DNA of 40,009 nucleotides, filler included, from an uncultured virus (IMG/VR IMGVR_UViG_2502082094_000001) (6 parts of one record of this genome joined end to end with filler, not necessarily neighbours in it); one strand, 5' to 3'. Shown: positions 1 through 9,445, counted from the first letter of the whole stretch. Numbers and translations are program-made. Notes: generated by a model from the letters alone, not told the origin.

Positions 1-1569
1 TGCTTTTGCCCTGAAGTAATTCATATCATCAGTGACAAACTCTCTAGTCCACCGTCTTAGTGCGTGCTGATCTGTGGGCCTGTTGTATCTGGTAGCTTTG
101 ATTACGTGATTGGTTGCTACTTCGCTCTCTGCGGCAAACCTATCAACAAGCTTGCTTTTTGGAAGGCTGTCTTGAATGGCCGCTTTGGGTAATTCTTCAA
201 TCACCCGAGCGGCCTGAGATCCTGTCATTAGCCGCTTGTCGTTCTTGAGTGCTGCTAGCCCATCTCTAAGATTGAGTACCTCCTTCTTCCACGTTTTGAA
301 CCTGTCCTTGTATGGTATCCCTGCTTTGATCAGACTTTTACCGAACTCGCTCATCTGATACTTAGCACGGAACAGTATCATAGTATCGTCAGGGTTAATC
401 AGATTGATGACTTCTTGAGGAGTTGGGTTCTTGAGTGGAACGAACTCACCGCCTTCATGGTGAGGTTTGATCTGCTTTTCCTGCCGCTCGTCTACCTTAT
501 CAATCACCATCTTAGCCAGCTCAAGTATGTCGTTAGGCATACGCCATGACTGGTCTAAGATGTATACACCCTCATCTTCCCAATAACCAGTCTTATCGTC
601 CCACAGCTCAGGGATCTTGTTGTTGACGTTTCCTTCCATGTTAAGGAAGTATTCAGGCTTTGCTCCAGCCCACTCGTAGATGGTCTGGTCGTCGTCCCCG
701 GCTAGGAATATACGGTCTACGTGACCGAATTGGTTGTCTAGGAATGCTTGCTGTAGTGGGTAAAGGTCCTGAACCTCGTCCACGAACAAGAACCTTGTAT
801 CTACTGTGTCTTCGTTGTTGACACACTCCAAGATAGCATCATCAAACTCCCAGATGCCCTTGTCGGATTTGTACTCGTCCCACTCCTCAGCCAACTCAAC
901 AAAGCGCTCGTCACTATGCTGCCATGCGCTACCGAGCGGGCATTTCTCGTAGTCTTCTGGGGGTTCGAGCTTTGACTTGAGCCAGCTAAGCACTTTGAAG
1001 AACACATGGCCTTGGTCGTCTGGCTCAGACAACATCTCACCATCATCATCGTCTCCGTTGTCGAACTGATACTCAAGCCCAACATCATTACAGAAGTTGT
1101 ACTTGTCGTTAGCGTAGCGAATTTCTACAATATCTTTCGGCTTGAGGTTGTTAAATCTCATAGCCATCGAGTGGATTGTAGTAACCCGCTCATCAGCCTT
1201 ACTTTTGGAAACGTCAGTAAGACTTACAAGCCTACGTTTGGCCTCGTCAGCAGCCGCCCGTGTGTAAGCGATGAGTAACATCTCCTCGGGATTACGCTGT
1301 TCAAACATACGCTGGAGTATGCCCGAGAAGTCATCTATGTTAGTGTTACCCACCATAGTAGTCGTTTTGCCAGTACCCGGTCCACCGAATATCTTTACTA
1401 CTTCAGTGTCTTTGTTTGTGGCTTCTGTTGATGGTATGCTGTACCCGCCCGATACTTCTATCTGCTCATCACTATCAGACAAGAAATCGTTGACTCCATC
1501 AGAGCTGGGACTACCAGATTGATTTGGAGACGACGTTTTCTCCTCTTTTTGGAATTCTTCTAGACCCAT
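1..1569 (-). CDS. SF1 UvrD/Rep-like DNA helicase, 3' truncated by the window edge
   Basis: Manual translation from ATG 1569 (MGLEEFQ...): Walker A KIFGGPGTGKTT, motif Ia IAYTRAAADEAKRRL, Walker B FVDEVQD, motif III AGDDDQTIYEWAGA, motif IV LDQSWR. Absent from the ORF track because it has no stop in the window. Confidence 0.9.
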   Translation of the reverse strand, partial: MGLEEFQKEEKTSSPNQSGSPSSDGVNDFLSDSDEQIEVSGGYSIPSTEATNKDTEVVKIFGGPGTGKTTTMVGNTNIDDFSGILQRMFEQRNPEEMLLIAYTRAAADEAKRRLVSLTDVSKSKADERVTTIHSMAMRFNNLKPKDIVEIRYANDKYNFCNDVGLEYQFDNGDDDDGEMLSEPDDQGHVFFKVLSWLKSKLEPPEDYEKCPLGSAWQHSDERFVELAEEWDEYKSDKGIWEFDDAILECVNNEDTVDTRFLFVDEVQDLYPLQQAFLDNQFGHVDRIFLAGDDDQTIYEWAGAKPEYFLNMEGNVNNKIPELWDDKTGYWEDEGVYILDQSWRMPNDILELAKMVIDKVDERQEKQIKPHHEGGEFVPLKNPTPQEVINLINPDDTMILFRAKYQMSEFGKSLIKAGIPYKDRFKTWKKEVLNLRDGLAALKNDKRLMTGSQAARVIEELPKAAIQDSLPKSKLVDRFAAESEVATNHVIKATRYNRPTDQHALRRWTREFVTDDMNYFRAKA

Positions 1570-1573
1570 GTTT

Positions 1574-2005
1574 CTAATTGTCCTCCATGAACGGCTCGAT
1601 ACAGTCTCTCCATTTTTGCTCAAACGTGCTTGTTCTGGTCATACTTGCTTGTACCTGTCCAACTACCCACCTGAAGTACTTGTCGTGTCCATGATTTGGA
1701 TAGCCCATCTGGTAAAAGTAGATGTGTACCATCTCATGTACCACAGTAAGTTCTATAATGTATAGTGATTCACGTTGTACGAACTCTTCTGACACTCTTA
1801 TGTAGTACGTACCACCTTCTCTTTTGTATGCTTTAGCTCGGTGCTTAGTCATCCTCGTGGACACTTCTATGAAAGCTATGTCCAGATCTATTGGGAACTT
1901 GCTTTTGTTGTCTTCTACCATTTGCTCTAGCTTTTCATTAAATTCGTGCTCACCATAGATTTTATCACTATGATGATTGTCTGTTTTGAAGTCTTCTAGT
2001 GACAT
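1574..2005 (-). CDS. SprT-like zinc metalloprotease
   Basis: HEMVH...GHDKYF (HExxH plus downstream GH); likely start MSLEDFK at 2005. Confidence 0.8.
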   Translation of the reverse strand: MSLEDFKTDNHHSDKIYGEHEFNEKLEQMVEDNKSKFPIDLDIAFIEVSTRMTKHRAKAYKREGGTYYIRVSEEFVQRESLYIIELTVVHEMVHIYFYQMGYPNHGHDKYFRWVVGQVQASMTRTSTFEQKWRDCIEPFMEDN

Positions 2006-2035
2006 AACACACATCTGGGCAACTATTGCCCGGAG

Positions 2036-2076
2036 TGACAGCTAGAGAATCGAACTCTAGAAATGCCAACCTGCCA
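2036..2076 (-). ncRNA. mini-tRNA (t-element) 1
   Basis: TGGCAG..CTAGAG-TTCGATT-CTCTAG-CTGTCA: T-loop plus about 12 bp coaxial stem, no D or anticodon arm. Confidence 0.65.
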
Positions 2077-2191
2077 GTCCCGACAGCACATTACTACAGA
2101 CTAGTAATGTTTACGGGATTGTAACGGTTAAAACTTTGTATGTGTAAGTAATCAAAGATGTTCGCATAGGGGGCTTGCTGCTCTTGAGACA

Positions 2192-2644
2192 TTAGAACGA
2201 TTCACTTTCACAGAAATTATTTATATACGCTAGATCTTCGTTGCTCCATGTGCCGAATAGTTCTGCCATTTCTTGGTCGTATACGTAGAGCCACACGCTC
2301 ACTGCGTTGTACTCATAGTCGTCTCTCGTCGGTTTTTTAGGGTAGCTTCCATAATATTTCTGTAGCTCGCTGCTCACTATTACATACATTGCTACCCCCA
2401 TTATACTGCGAGCGAACGTAACGCTAGTCTTTATTGAGCTATACAGTTCTCCGTCTGACATTGTTATTTCTATGTCTTGCTTATCTACTAAGTGTGACAA
2501 CCGCTCAGTTCTACGCTTCCATGCTTCAGTCTTATTGTATGCTGATAACTCTCTTGGCCAGTGGCTCTTAGTTACATCTTCATCTGCGTTGATGAAGTTA
2601 GCATTTTTAATATAAGGCGGACTGTTCTCTTTGTGCTTCATCAT
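2192..2644 (-). CDS. hypothetical protein
   Basis: ORF track 2192..2677; likely start MMKHKE. Confidence 0.6.
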   Translation of the reverse strand: MMKHKENSPPYIKNANFINADEDVTKSHWPRELSAYNKTEAWKRRTERLSHLVDKQDIEITMSDGELYSSIKTSVTFARSIMGVAMYVIVSSELQKYYGSYPKKPTRDDYEYNAVSVWLYVYDQEMAELFGTWSNEDLAYINNFCESESF

Positions 2645-2657
2645 GTTGGTTTCTTGT

Positions 2658-2978
2658 TTACAATTTTTCTGCTTCAATATCGAATTCTTCTAGCAATACT
2701 CTCTGGCACAATTCTACTACTTCATCGGCTTCTTCAATGATAACACCATCAGATTCTACAAGCCTCTGTTTCATTCTCATCGTAGCAATAACGGAAGCTA
2801 TTGCTTGGTCTTTGCTTACTGTGCCAATACTGTCAGTTATATCTGGTTCGGCTTGGATAATGGAGTCGTATGCTTCAGAAAACCGCTGTGCTTCCTCTAG
2901 ATTCGTGAGACCGAGTGAGTCTAGAGGGCAACTAACTCCATCTACTTTCCAATCTCCGTATGCGTATTTCTTGCTCAT
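2658..2978 (-). CDS. hypothetical protein
   Basis: acidic ORF, likely start MSKKYAY. Confidence 0.6.
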   Translation of the reverse strand: MSKKYAYGDWKVDGVSCPLDSLGLTNLEEAQRFSEAYDSIIQAEPDITDSIGTVSKDQAIASVIATMRMKQRLVESDGVIIEEADEVVELCQRVLLEEFDIEAEKL

Positions 2979-3122
2979 TCTTGCATAGTGTTGAATTCTT
3001 CTCCACAATGCTCACACAATGGAGTGGAGGAACGCTTGACTCTTGTTTTTGTATATTGTCTGTTCACCTGTGGACAGTTGTGAATGTAGTACTCGTGCCA
3101 AGGCATTGTTCTGTCTATAAGT

Positions 3123-3187
3123 TAACTTCCGGCTCCCAATATGAGCCTCTCTGAATGAGTCAGGCTTGGCGGTAGGCCACCAAGTTT
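3123..3187 (-). ncRNA. three-hairpin element copy 1
   Basis: AAA-CTTGGTGG/CCGCCAAG-C-CTGA/TCAG-AGA-GGCTC/GAGCC-GGAAGTTA. Confidence 0.8.
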
Positions 3188-3211
3188 GAGAAGATAGAAC
3201 ATCGTTCTATA

Positions 3212-3544
3212 CTATTCGTTATCCTCCTCGATTACTTCTTCAATGCCTTCTAGTTCTACAGCGAAGGGGCCGTCAGTTTCTACTTTGTAGTCTTTACCTC
3301 GGAAAGTGATAAAGAAATACGACGCAGTGAACCAGACTCCGTTTGCGTATTGCTGTAGTACAAACCTTTCTTCGGTCTTTGCGAAGTGGGCTTCAAGCTC
3401 TTCCTCCTCAGAGCTCAGCTCACAACCGTACTCTGTGACTTTAAACGTTGGATCTTTGGCTTTAATCTCAGCCAACATCGACTGTGCTTCTTCGGCAGAG
3501 ATCTGAGACGATCCCTGATATTGACTTATTATATCTTTAACCAT
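3212..3544 (-). CDS. hypothetical protein
   Basis: acidic 110-aa ORF between elements 1 and 2. Confidence 0.65.
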   Translation of the reverse strand: MVKDIISQYQGSSQISAEEAQSMLAEIKAKDPTFKVTEYGCELSSEEEELEAHFAKTEERFVLQQYANGVWFTASYFFITFRGKDYKVETDGPFAVELEGIEEVIEEDNE

Positions 3545-3584
3545 AGGTCTTAACTCTTTTTTGTTATTGTACTAAGTTGTCTAC

Positions 3585-3649
3585 TAACTTCCAGCTCCCG
3601 TTATGAGCTTCTCTGCTGTTAACAGGCTTAGCAGTAGGCTGCCAAGTTT
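3585..3649 (-). ncRNA. three-hairpin element copy 2
   Basis: AAA-CTTGGCAG/CTGCTAAG-C-CTG/CAG-AGA-AGCTC/GAGCT-GGAAGTTA. Confidence 0.8.
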
Positions 3650-3675
3650 AAAAAGTTTGTGATGCTTGTGAAACT

Positions 3676-5087
3676 TTACTTGTAATACCCGTCTAGTATT
3701 CTACGCTGTACGGTAGCATAGTCAGCTTCCGCACTAAAGTTAGTGCCACCGATTGTCTTGTAGAAGGCACGGCGCAAAGATATATCTTCGTTGAAGTTAG
3801 TCATGGTTTCTCCACCGTGGGAAGCAACTATAACCACTCGTTGAATCAGAGACGTAGCTAGCTCGGATTTCCTACAATTGAGCCTGTCCTTATGGATATA
3901 TAAGTTGTCTTCTTTATCTTTCCACACGTCCTTGTGATTGGAGTAACCAGCCTTTACTGTTACCCGAACTCCAAGGTCATCTAGAGCCGATTCAATTATC
4001 TCAAGATGCTTGAGACGCCGCTTGCTGAGGTTATCACGAGCAATCTCACTCATCTCGAATTGTAGATCTTTTTGGATTATATCCTCAAAGTCTCGGATTG
4101 AGGAGCTATCGGTGTTAGAAGCATGACCCGAAGCAAGCGTTTTGAACGATTCTTGCTGGTTTGAGTCTAGAATTACGGCATCTCCACGGTCCATAGCCGC
4201 TTCAGCAGATTTGTTGTTTGCTTCAGCAAAGCCCACGTCGCGGCCTTCTACTTCTGATATTGTACGCATATCCCCTGAAACGTCTTTTAGCAAGGGTTTG
4301 TTCTTGACTGCTTCAAACACCTTAGGGGAGTCGGCGGCTCGCTCCACGAGCCATTCACGTTTTCTGCTGTTCAATTCGTCTTGTTCTTTTAGGTACTGAG
4401 TTGCTACTGCTTTGTATTCCTTTTTGATCTCGCTCCAATATGGGTCAGAATCTAGAATGTCGGTCCGATCTAGAGTTACATCCAAGTCAGCCTTACTGAT
4501 AATACCGATGCTTACAGGCCCAAGGTTGAACCTGTTAACTAAAGCACCTTTGTTATACACTTCACTGGTTGATAGCACACCTGAACCAGGCTCGATGTAA
4601 TATGCTAGCTCTGTGTCCTCGGCCACATCCGGCTCTTCTCCGACTGTGGAGCCGTTCACGTACACATCTACGTTGTGGAACCAAGTAACGTAGCGTGCCA
4701 GCTTTTTGAATTCTGCTATGGTTCTGTTTACATCATCTATTGGTTCGTANNNNNNNNNNNNNNNNNNNNNNNNNNNNNNNNNNNNNNNNNNNNTTAATTA
4801 ATTAANNNNNNNNNNNNNNNNNNNNNNNNNNNNNNNNNNNNNNNNNNNNATGTCTGAGTCTTTAGCCCGAACTGGCTGAAGTACTTTTGTACTTCTTGTT
4901 CGGTCATGCTATCTCCATTATCGCTGATGGTACTACGATCTTCGGTCACATCAAGATGGAACTCAGTAGCGTTTGCGTCTACCGAGTTCATAAGCGCTTC
5001 GAGCCACGCTTTCTCGATTACACCGCTCTGTTTCCTCATCACATCATGTAGCAAGCCTTCAGTGGCTTGGAAGTTTTGTTTTGGCAT
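3676..5087 (-). CDS. GHKL (HSP90/MORC-like) ATPase protein, interrupted by an assembly gap
   Basis: N-box EALMNSVDANA and G1-like ISDNGDSM in 4850..5087; the long ORF 3676..4749 is assumed to be its C-terminal part across gap 4750-4849. Confidence 0.75.
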
Positions 5088-5200
5088 TAGTAGCTTCTAC
5101 AAAGGGTACAGTTATTGTGCTCTCCGTCCAGTTCTTCACAAAGCGGGACACCGCACGTCTCGCATGACTCTCCCGTAAGCGTGTATGGTCCTATGCTCAT
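5087..5200 (-). CDS. 37-aa zinc-finger microprotein
   Basis: MSIGPYTLTGESCETCGVPLCEELDGEHNNCTLCRSY; two CxxC; TAATG overlap with the next gene. Confidence 0.6.
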   Translation of the reverse strand: MSIGPYTLTGESCETCGVPLCEELDGEHNNCTLCRSY

Positions 5201-5214
5201 TTCTTTTTGCCTTA

Positions 5215-5280
5215 TAACTTCCGCGCCCTTCCGGGGCTCTCTGGTGGCTAACCAGGCTTGCTCGGAATATGAGCAAGATT
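5215..5280 (-). ncRNA. three-hairpin element copy 3
   Basis: AAT-CTTGCTC/GAGCAAG-C-CTGG/CCAG-AGA-GCCC/GGGC-GC-GGAAGTTA. Confidence 0.8.
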
Positions 5281-5307
5281 AAATAATGTACGTGCTCAGA
5301 TAAGTGC

Positions 5308-5838
5308 TTAGAAACTAGCGTCGAACCCGTCTGGGAATGGTTGATCTACGTGCTTCATAGCCGACTTAATTCTGCTCTTTTTGACTTCTAAGTCTGCCAG
5401 TTCTTTTTGTATGCTTTCCCACTCAGCATAGATAGAACTTTGAGACGAGCTAAGATCTAGTGCTGTGTCAGGCACGTTCCGTGGGTCTTGCTCCATATTG
5501 GATAAGGTATCACCGACTTCTCTTTGCCTTTCCATTAGGGTTGTCTTCGTTTCACAGTAATCCTGATACTCTTTGTGTATTACGTCTATTAAGTGTATCT
5601 CACAGAAGCTAGTTGACCTGAAACTCCCAGTCACAGCATTTGGACAGTTATCTGCTGAACATAACCATCCAGACCCCATGCTCATTAGACAATCTAAGCA
5701 CATCACTTCAGATACTCCTGGATTTATCGGGTTATCACAGCAATTCACACACAGACCTAGATCATCTGCGTGGTCCCAGTCACCGAATTCTTTTGTCGGC
5801 TCTCTCTCAATTGGGTTGTAATCTCTTGAGTGTTTCAT
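5308..5838 (-). CDS. Cys-rich zinc-finger and coiled-coil protein
   Basis: CVNCC, CLDC, C-x4-C, CEIH then a heptad-rich C-terminus. Confidence 0.65.
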   Translation of the reverse strand: MKHSRDYNPIEREPTKEFGDWDHADDLGLCVNCCDNPINPGVSEVMCLDCLMSMGSGWLCSADNCPNAVTGSFRSTSFCEIHLIDVIHKEYQDYCETKTTLMERQREVGDTLSNMEQDPRNVPDTALDLSSSQSSIYAEWESIQKELADLEVKKSRIKSAMKHVDQPFPDGFDASF

Positions 5839-6212
5839 TCTTGTGGCTTCACGTTATCCGCAAGATTTTGTATCTCTTGAAGCATGTACTGTACATTTTC
5901 CATCTTCTGCTTCAAGTCCTCTTCCATCACTTCTCGTTCTTCATCTGGCAGATCTCCATCTTCAAGCTCATTTACTATCCGTTGAGCATCTAAGACTACA
6001 CCACGCGCGTTATGTGCTTCGCTTTCTAGTCCCCCTAGACTGGCGTTAAGCTTCATTAAGTTAACTTCATCTGGGTCATCTGTATTTAGATTTATCCCTC
6101 TATTCTTTTCTGATGATGCTTCAGCGACTATTTCTCCGCCAAGGTCAACAATGGTCTCTCGGAAATGAGAATGCTCGTACTGATCTGCTTCAAGTTTGAT
6201 TGTGTATATCAT
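5835..6212 (-). CDS. hypothetical coiled-coil protein
   Basis: acidic ORF, ATGA overlap with the next gene. Confidence 0.65.
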   Translation of the reverse strand: MIYTIKLEADQYEHSHFRETIVDLGGEIVAEASSEKNRGINLNTDDPDEVNLMKLNASLGGLESEAHNARGVVLDAQRIVNELEDGDLPDEEREVMEEDLKQKMENVQYMLQEIQNLADNVKPQE

Positions 6213-6252
6213 TGCTTTTTTGAGGCAGTTTTATAACTTGCTTAGGTTAAGT

Positions 6253-6297
6253 CCCACGGTGTGGACTCGAACCACACTCTAGCAGTACCTACGCGGG
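6253..6297 (-). ncRNA. mini-tRNA (t-element) 2
   Basis: CCCGCG..GTGTGG-TTCGAGT-CCACAC-CGTGGG. Confidence 0.7.
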
Positions 6298-6340
6298 GCT
6301 CAGCGCTTATAAAAGATGGTGGTTACTTTTTTACGCTACG

Positions 6341-6607
6341 CTATTCTTGGAGATCCATGAGGAACTCCCTGACTGCCTCGGACTCCTCGTTGTGTAGCTC
6401 CCGCTCGACCGCTACCAAGAAGTCTCCCACGATCTGACGCCGGTTGACCTGAGAGTCTTGGACAGCGTTAGCTGCTTGGAAGTGGTTTCGCATCACTTCT
6501 TCACTTGCGTAGGTTGGCTCATTATCAGGATGGTCCGGGTTAGCCATCGTGATATGAGTCTGCTTCTGTACTGACTGGCTACTGTCTCTGTATTCTTCAA
6601 GTCCCAT
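6341..6607 (-). CDS. hypothetical protein with MGLEEY tag
   Basis: ORF track; weak similarity to the 14169 protein (T..DHP..DF). Confidence 0.65.
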   Translation of the reverse strand: MGLEEYRDSSQSVQKQTHITMANPDHPDNEPTYASEEVMRNHFQAANAVQDSQVNRRQIVGDFLVAVERELHNEESEAVREFLMDLQE

Positions 6608-6621
6608 GTTTATGGCTCCAT

Positions 6622-6693
6622 TGACTTCCGCCCTCGGTCACAGGGCTCTGTGACCCGCTGTGGAGCCACGCTTGCTGGTAAGCCAGCAAGATT
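6622..6693 (-). ncRNA. three-hairpin element copy 4
   Basis: AAT-CTTGCTGG/CCAGCAAG-C-GTGG/TCAC-AGA-GCCCT/AGGGC-GGAAGTCA. Confidence 0.8.
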
Positions 6694-6741
6694 GAAATAT
6701 TTTGAGTATTCATCTTTTTACCGCTCTATTCTCTGTGTGTT

Positions 6742-7036
6742 TTACAGATGCTCTTCTATGTATTCGTCTCGGAATTGACGTATATCTTCTTTGGTCTCTT
6801 CTGATATTCTGATTCCATCAGCACCATCTTGTTCAATAGCTCTGTTCATCCGTTGTAGAATAGCCTTGTCTCCATTTCCCTCCGAGTGTATGGCGGCTTG
6901 ATAAGCCCACTCTGGAGAAGTACAGATTAAATTATCCCAGAAGAAGGCTTCCATCTGTACGTTTTCTATCTTCTTCCCTGGTTTTGATAGATCTGCTTTG
7001 TCCAGTGCTATCCTGTTTAAAGTCTTCTAGTCCCAT
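6742..7036 (-). CDS. hypothetical protein with MGLEDF tag, probable frameshift error near 6976
   Basis: ATG 7036 MGLEDFKQDSTG joins ORF 6742..6954 if one base is removed near the GGG run. Confidence 0.55.
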
Positions 7037-7077
7037 TATTCGTTACTGTATGAAATATTCGTTTGGCTTTGGTCTTT

Positions 7078-7413
7078 TTACTCCCAGTGCTGGTTGTATT
7101 TCAGGGTCTCGAAGTCTAAGTCCGTGAGTTCGGACGAACCATCTTCTCTTGTGTTGTAGTCCCAAGCACGGAGTGCCATGAACCACACACTCAAGAACTG
7201 CTGAGCTGTTGGAAGGTCAGCAGGAGCATGGTACTGGTAATCTGCCAGCTGGTTCTCCATGACTCCCATGATCTTCTCTAGTTGCTCCGGCTCGCACGAG
7301 AAGATGGTCTCGTGGAGCACCTGTGGGTCGGCGTCTAGCAACAAGTGTAGCTCGCCGTAATCAGTGAACAGTCTGTCTACTGCTTCTTCGGATTGGTCAG
7401 TATTGTCTGACAT
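7078..7413 (-). CDS. hypothetical protein
   Basis: acidic ORF directly downstream of element 5. Confidence 0.65.
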   Translation of the reverse strand: MSDNTDQSEEAVDRLFTDYGELHLLLDADPQVLHETIFSCEPEQLEKIMGVMENQLADYQYHAPADLPTAQQFLSVWFMALRAWDYNTREDGSSELTDLDFETLKYNQHWE

Positions 7414-7429
7414 AATTTTAGTCCACTAC

Positions 7430-7500
7430 TAACTTCCGGTCTCCAATATAGACCTCGCTGTTGGGTATCTCAACAGGCTCGCTGGTGGGCCAGCGAGTTT
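7430..7500 (-). ncRNA. three-hairpin element copy 5
   Basis: AAA-CTCGCTGG/CCAGCGAG-C-CTGTTG/CAACAG-CGA-GGTCT/AGACC-GGAAGTTA. Confidence 0.8.
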
Positions 7501-7620
7501 CTCGGTTTCTACAGTGTATGTAGACGCCACTCGTGTTGAGAGGTACGGTCGGCATACATATAAACGTTGCGTCTCGGTTTTTTCAGTCAAATATGTGTAT
7601 AGATCTGTGTATTCTATATG

Positions 7621-7905
7621 CTATTCTCCATCGTTAATCAGTGTATCAAAGTAAGAATCGGGAATGTCCATAGTCATAAGGGCAAAAAGCATGGCTATGT
7701 CGTTTATATCCCCCTCAATTCTACCGTCTTCAAGATCTATGTCCATATCCTGTTGTCTCACCCGGTGTCTGATGTTCGAGGCTATGTGCTCCTTTGTAGA
7801 TTCTTCTTGTTTTTGTTTTACCTCGTTATCAGTTGTTTCTTCTTCCGTTTCTTGATCTTTTTCCTCTTCGTCATCGTCGTCTAATTGAAAGTCTTTGAGT
7901 CCCAT
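7621..7905 (-). CDS. hypothetical protein with MGLKDF tag
   Basis: ORF track; acidic linker after the tag. Confidence 0.65.
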   Translation of the reverse strand: MGLKDFQLDDDDEEEKDQETEEETTDNEVKQKQEESTKEHIASNIRHRVRQQDMDIDLEDGRIEGDINDIAMLFALMTMDIPDSYFDTLINDGE

Positions 7906-7910
7906 GTTTG

Positions 7911-8306
7911 CTACAACCCTATTATTTCAAGCAACTCTGAGTAGTGGCGCTGGATAGTACGCGGATTTACGTTTAGTTCGTATGCTATTACTGCTTGTCT
8001 ATCAGGCTCAGTAAACATTAACGAAGCAGCATATAATGCTGCTGCGGCAACGGATCTTGCTCTTACTTTAGGATTAGGGTCACAGTAATATGCGTCTACC
8101 ATAGCCAAAGCAGCGTCTGTTGGAGAACTGTAACCTGCTTGTTTGTCTACCACATGATCTGACTTTTTAACCTTTTTGGAAATCTTTCTGTACTTTGTTC
8201 TTCTTCGAGTCGATCTGAAATCGGTTGAATACGACTTCGGCTCTCCAAAGTCGTAATCCTGTACTTCTTGTCGGGCTTGCTTATGCTTGCTCTTCAGCGA
8301 GGTCAT
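7911..8306 (-). CDS. TFB (TFIIB) single cyclin-repeat-like protein
   Basis: RSVAAAALYAASLM...QAVIAYELNVNPRTIQRHYSEL matches the TFB repeat pattern; no Zn ribbon. Confidence 0.7.
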   Translation of the reverse strand: MTSLKSKHKQARQEVQDYDFGEPKSYSTDFRSTRRRTKYRKISKKVKKSDHVVDKQAGYSSPTDAALAMVDAYYCDPNPKVRARSVAAAALYAASLMFTEPDRQAVIAYELNVNPRTIQRHYSELLEIIGL

Positions 8307-8520
8307 CGAACACTCCATCATGGAGAAAGTCGTCGTCTAGTATTACGCGCTCGACTTCTATGACTTCGTAGTGCCATTCTAATATCTGTTCATCTGTCAG
8401 TGCCTGTCTAACGGCTTCTTCCGGCGTCTCACAGAACACTTCTTTGGGTATCCACACATCCCGTGGTTCTTCCTCTTCTACTGGTAATTCTTCAGTGAGC
8501 AACACCATGTAGCGTGTCAT
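8281..8520 (-). CDS. hypothetical protein
   Basis: ORF track. Confidence 0.55.
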   Translation of the reverse strand: MTRYMVLLTEELPVEEEEPRDVWIPKEVFCETPEEAVRQALTDEQILEWHYEVIEVERVILDDDFLHDGVFDDLAEEQA

Positions 8521-8557
8521 AGTTTGTAGTTTCTAGTTTTAAGCCATCTCGGGCTAA

Positions 8558-8596
8558 GCCCTGTTCTGGAGTCGAACCAGAAAAAGCCGTCAGGGT
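8558..8596 (-). ncRNA. mini-tRNA (t-element) 3
   Basis: CCCTG..TTCTGG-TTCGACT-CCAGAA-CAGGG. Confidence 0.65.
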
Positions 8597-8600
8597 GAGT

Positions 8601-8861
8601 TTAGATTGGAGGTCTTATACTGCTTTCTTTTTGTTCTTCATCAGAGCAATTACACACGTAATTAGTGAAGTCCTGATCTTCATCTTCGTCTTCGATGTAA
8701 CATAGACAGTATCCGCATACCTTTGAGGCGGCAAATTCCCAGCCTTCCATCTCGACCATTTCTACTACTTTGTCGGCAAAGTAGCCTCGGACTCTGATTT
8801 GTCTTTCGACAACTATCGGTTCTCCGTCAGATCCAGCTGCGACAGTATAATGGTTAGTCAT
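8601..8861 (-). CDS. small protein with CxxC...CxC
   Basis: CGYC and CNC. Confidence 0.55.
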   Translation of the reverse strand: MTNHYTVAAGSDGEPIVVERQIRVRGYFADKVVEMVEMEGWEFAASKVCGYCLCYIEDEDEDQDFTNYVCNCSDEEQKESSIRPPI

Positions 8862-8863
8862 TC

Positions 8864-9136
8864 TTATCCTCGGAATACCTCGTGCTCGTCTTCAGGCCCA
8901 TACACTTCTACGTTATCGAACTGGTAACTCTGGATCGTAAATGCTTCGAGTTGAGCCTCTACAACGTTAACTGCTAGTCTGTATGCCTGTGAGCTTGTTT
9001 CTGCTTGGACTCCTAGACCTATCTGATATTGGTTATCTCCAATCCGCTCTTTGTGTATTCCTCCTTGTATTACTTCTAGTATATTCTTACGGGAGTTTGT
9101 GCTGAAGTCTACTAAGACGTTGTAAGTGCTTGTCAT
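8864..9136 (-). CDS. hypothetical protein
   Basis: ORF track, tightly packed. Confidence 0.6.
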   Translation of the reverse strand: MTSTYNVLVDFSTNSRKNILEVIQGGIHKERIGDNQYQIGLGVQAETSSQAYRLAVNVVEAQLEAFTIQSYQFDNVEVYGPEDEHEVFRG

Positions 9137-9137
9137 G

Positions 9138-9428
9138 TTAGTCGTTAAGTTCGTTGTAGTACTGCCGCGCTTCTTCTCGTGCTTCTTGACGGACTGCGAA
9201 TCGGTTCTCGTATGGTAGCACCTTGAATTTCTCCACTGTTTCTATGTCTTCTGGCCCTGTGAGTTCTCCCCACGGGGGCTCGTGTACCACAAGAAAGTAC
9301 ACAGCATCCTCATCGCTTACATTCTTGATCAACTTTACAGTATCTGTAATGTCATCTCCACTGCCGAACGTCTCAATTACTTTCAGTGCCTCTACGGTGT
9401 ATGAAGTGGTATCAGGTTGTACTTTCAT
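9138..9428 (-). CDS. hypothetical protein
   Basis: likely start MKVQPD; the track's TTG start lies inside element 6. Confidence 0.6.
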   Translation of the reverse strand: MKVQPDTTSYTVEALKVIETFGSGDDITDTVKLIKNVSDEDAVYFLVVHEPPWGELTGPEDIETVEKFKVLPYENRFAVRQEAREEARQYYNELND

Positions 9429-9445
9429 GTATGTTTTCTTTCTTT

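Noticed and set aside
801..1522. ORFs 801-1088, 1006-1278, 1271-1522 and most other Ser-rich opposite-strand ORFs in the track
   Set aside because: Shadow frames of real genes (here the helicase); composition is unlike the acidic proteome.
4750..4849. TTAATTAATTAA within N-runs (also near 10695, 18276, 24904, 32881)
   Set aside because: Artificial contig linker with stops in all six frames; not biological.
2036..8596. Functional tRNA genes
   Set aside because: No D arm or anticodon arm; only T-arm and acceptor-like stems.
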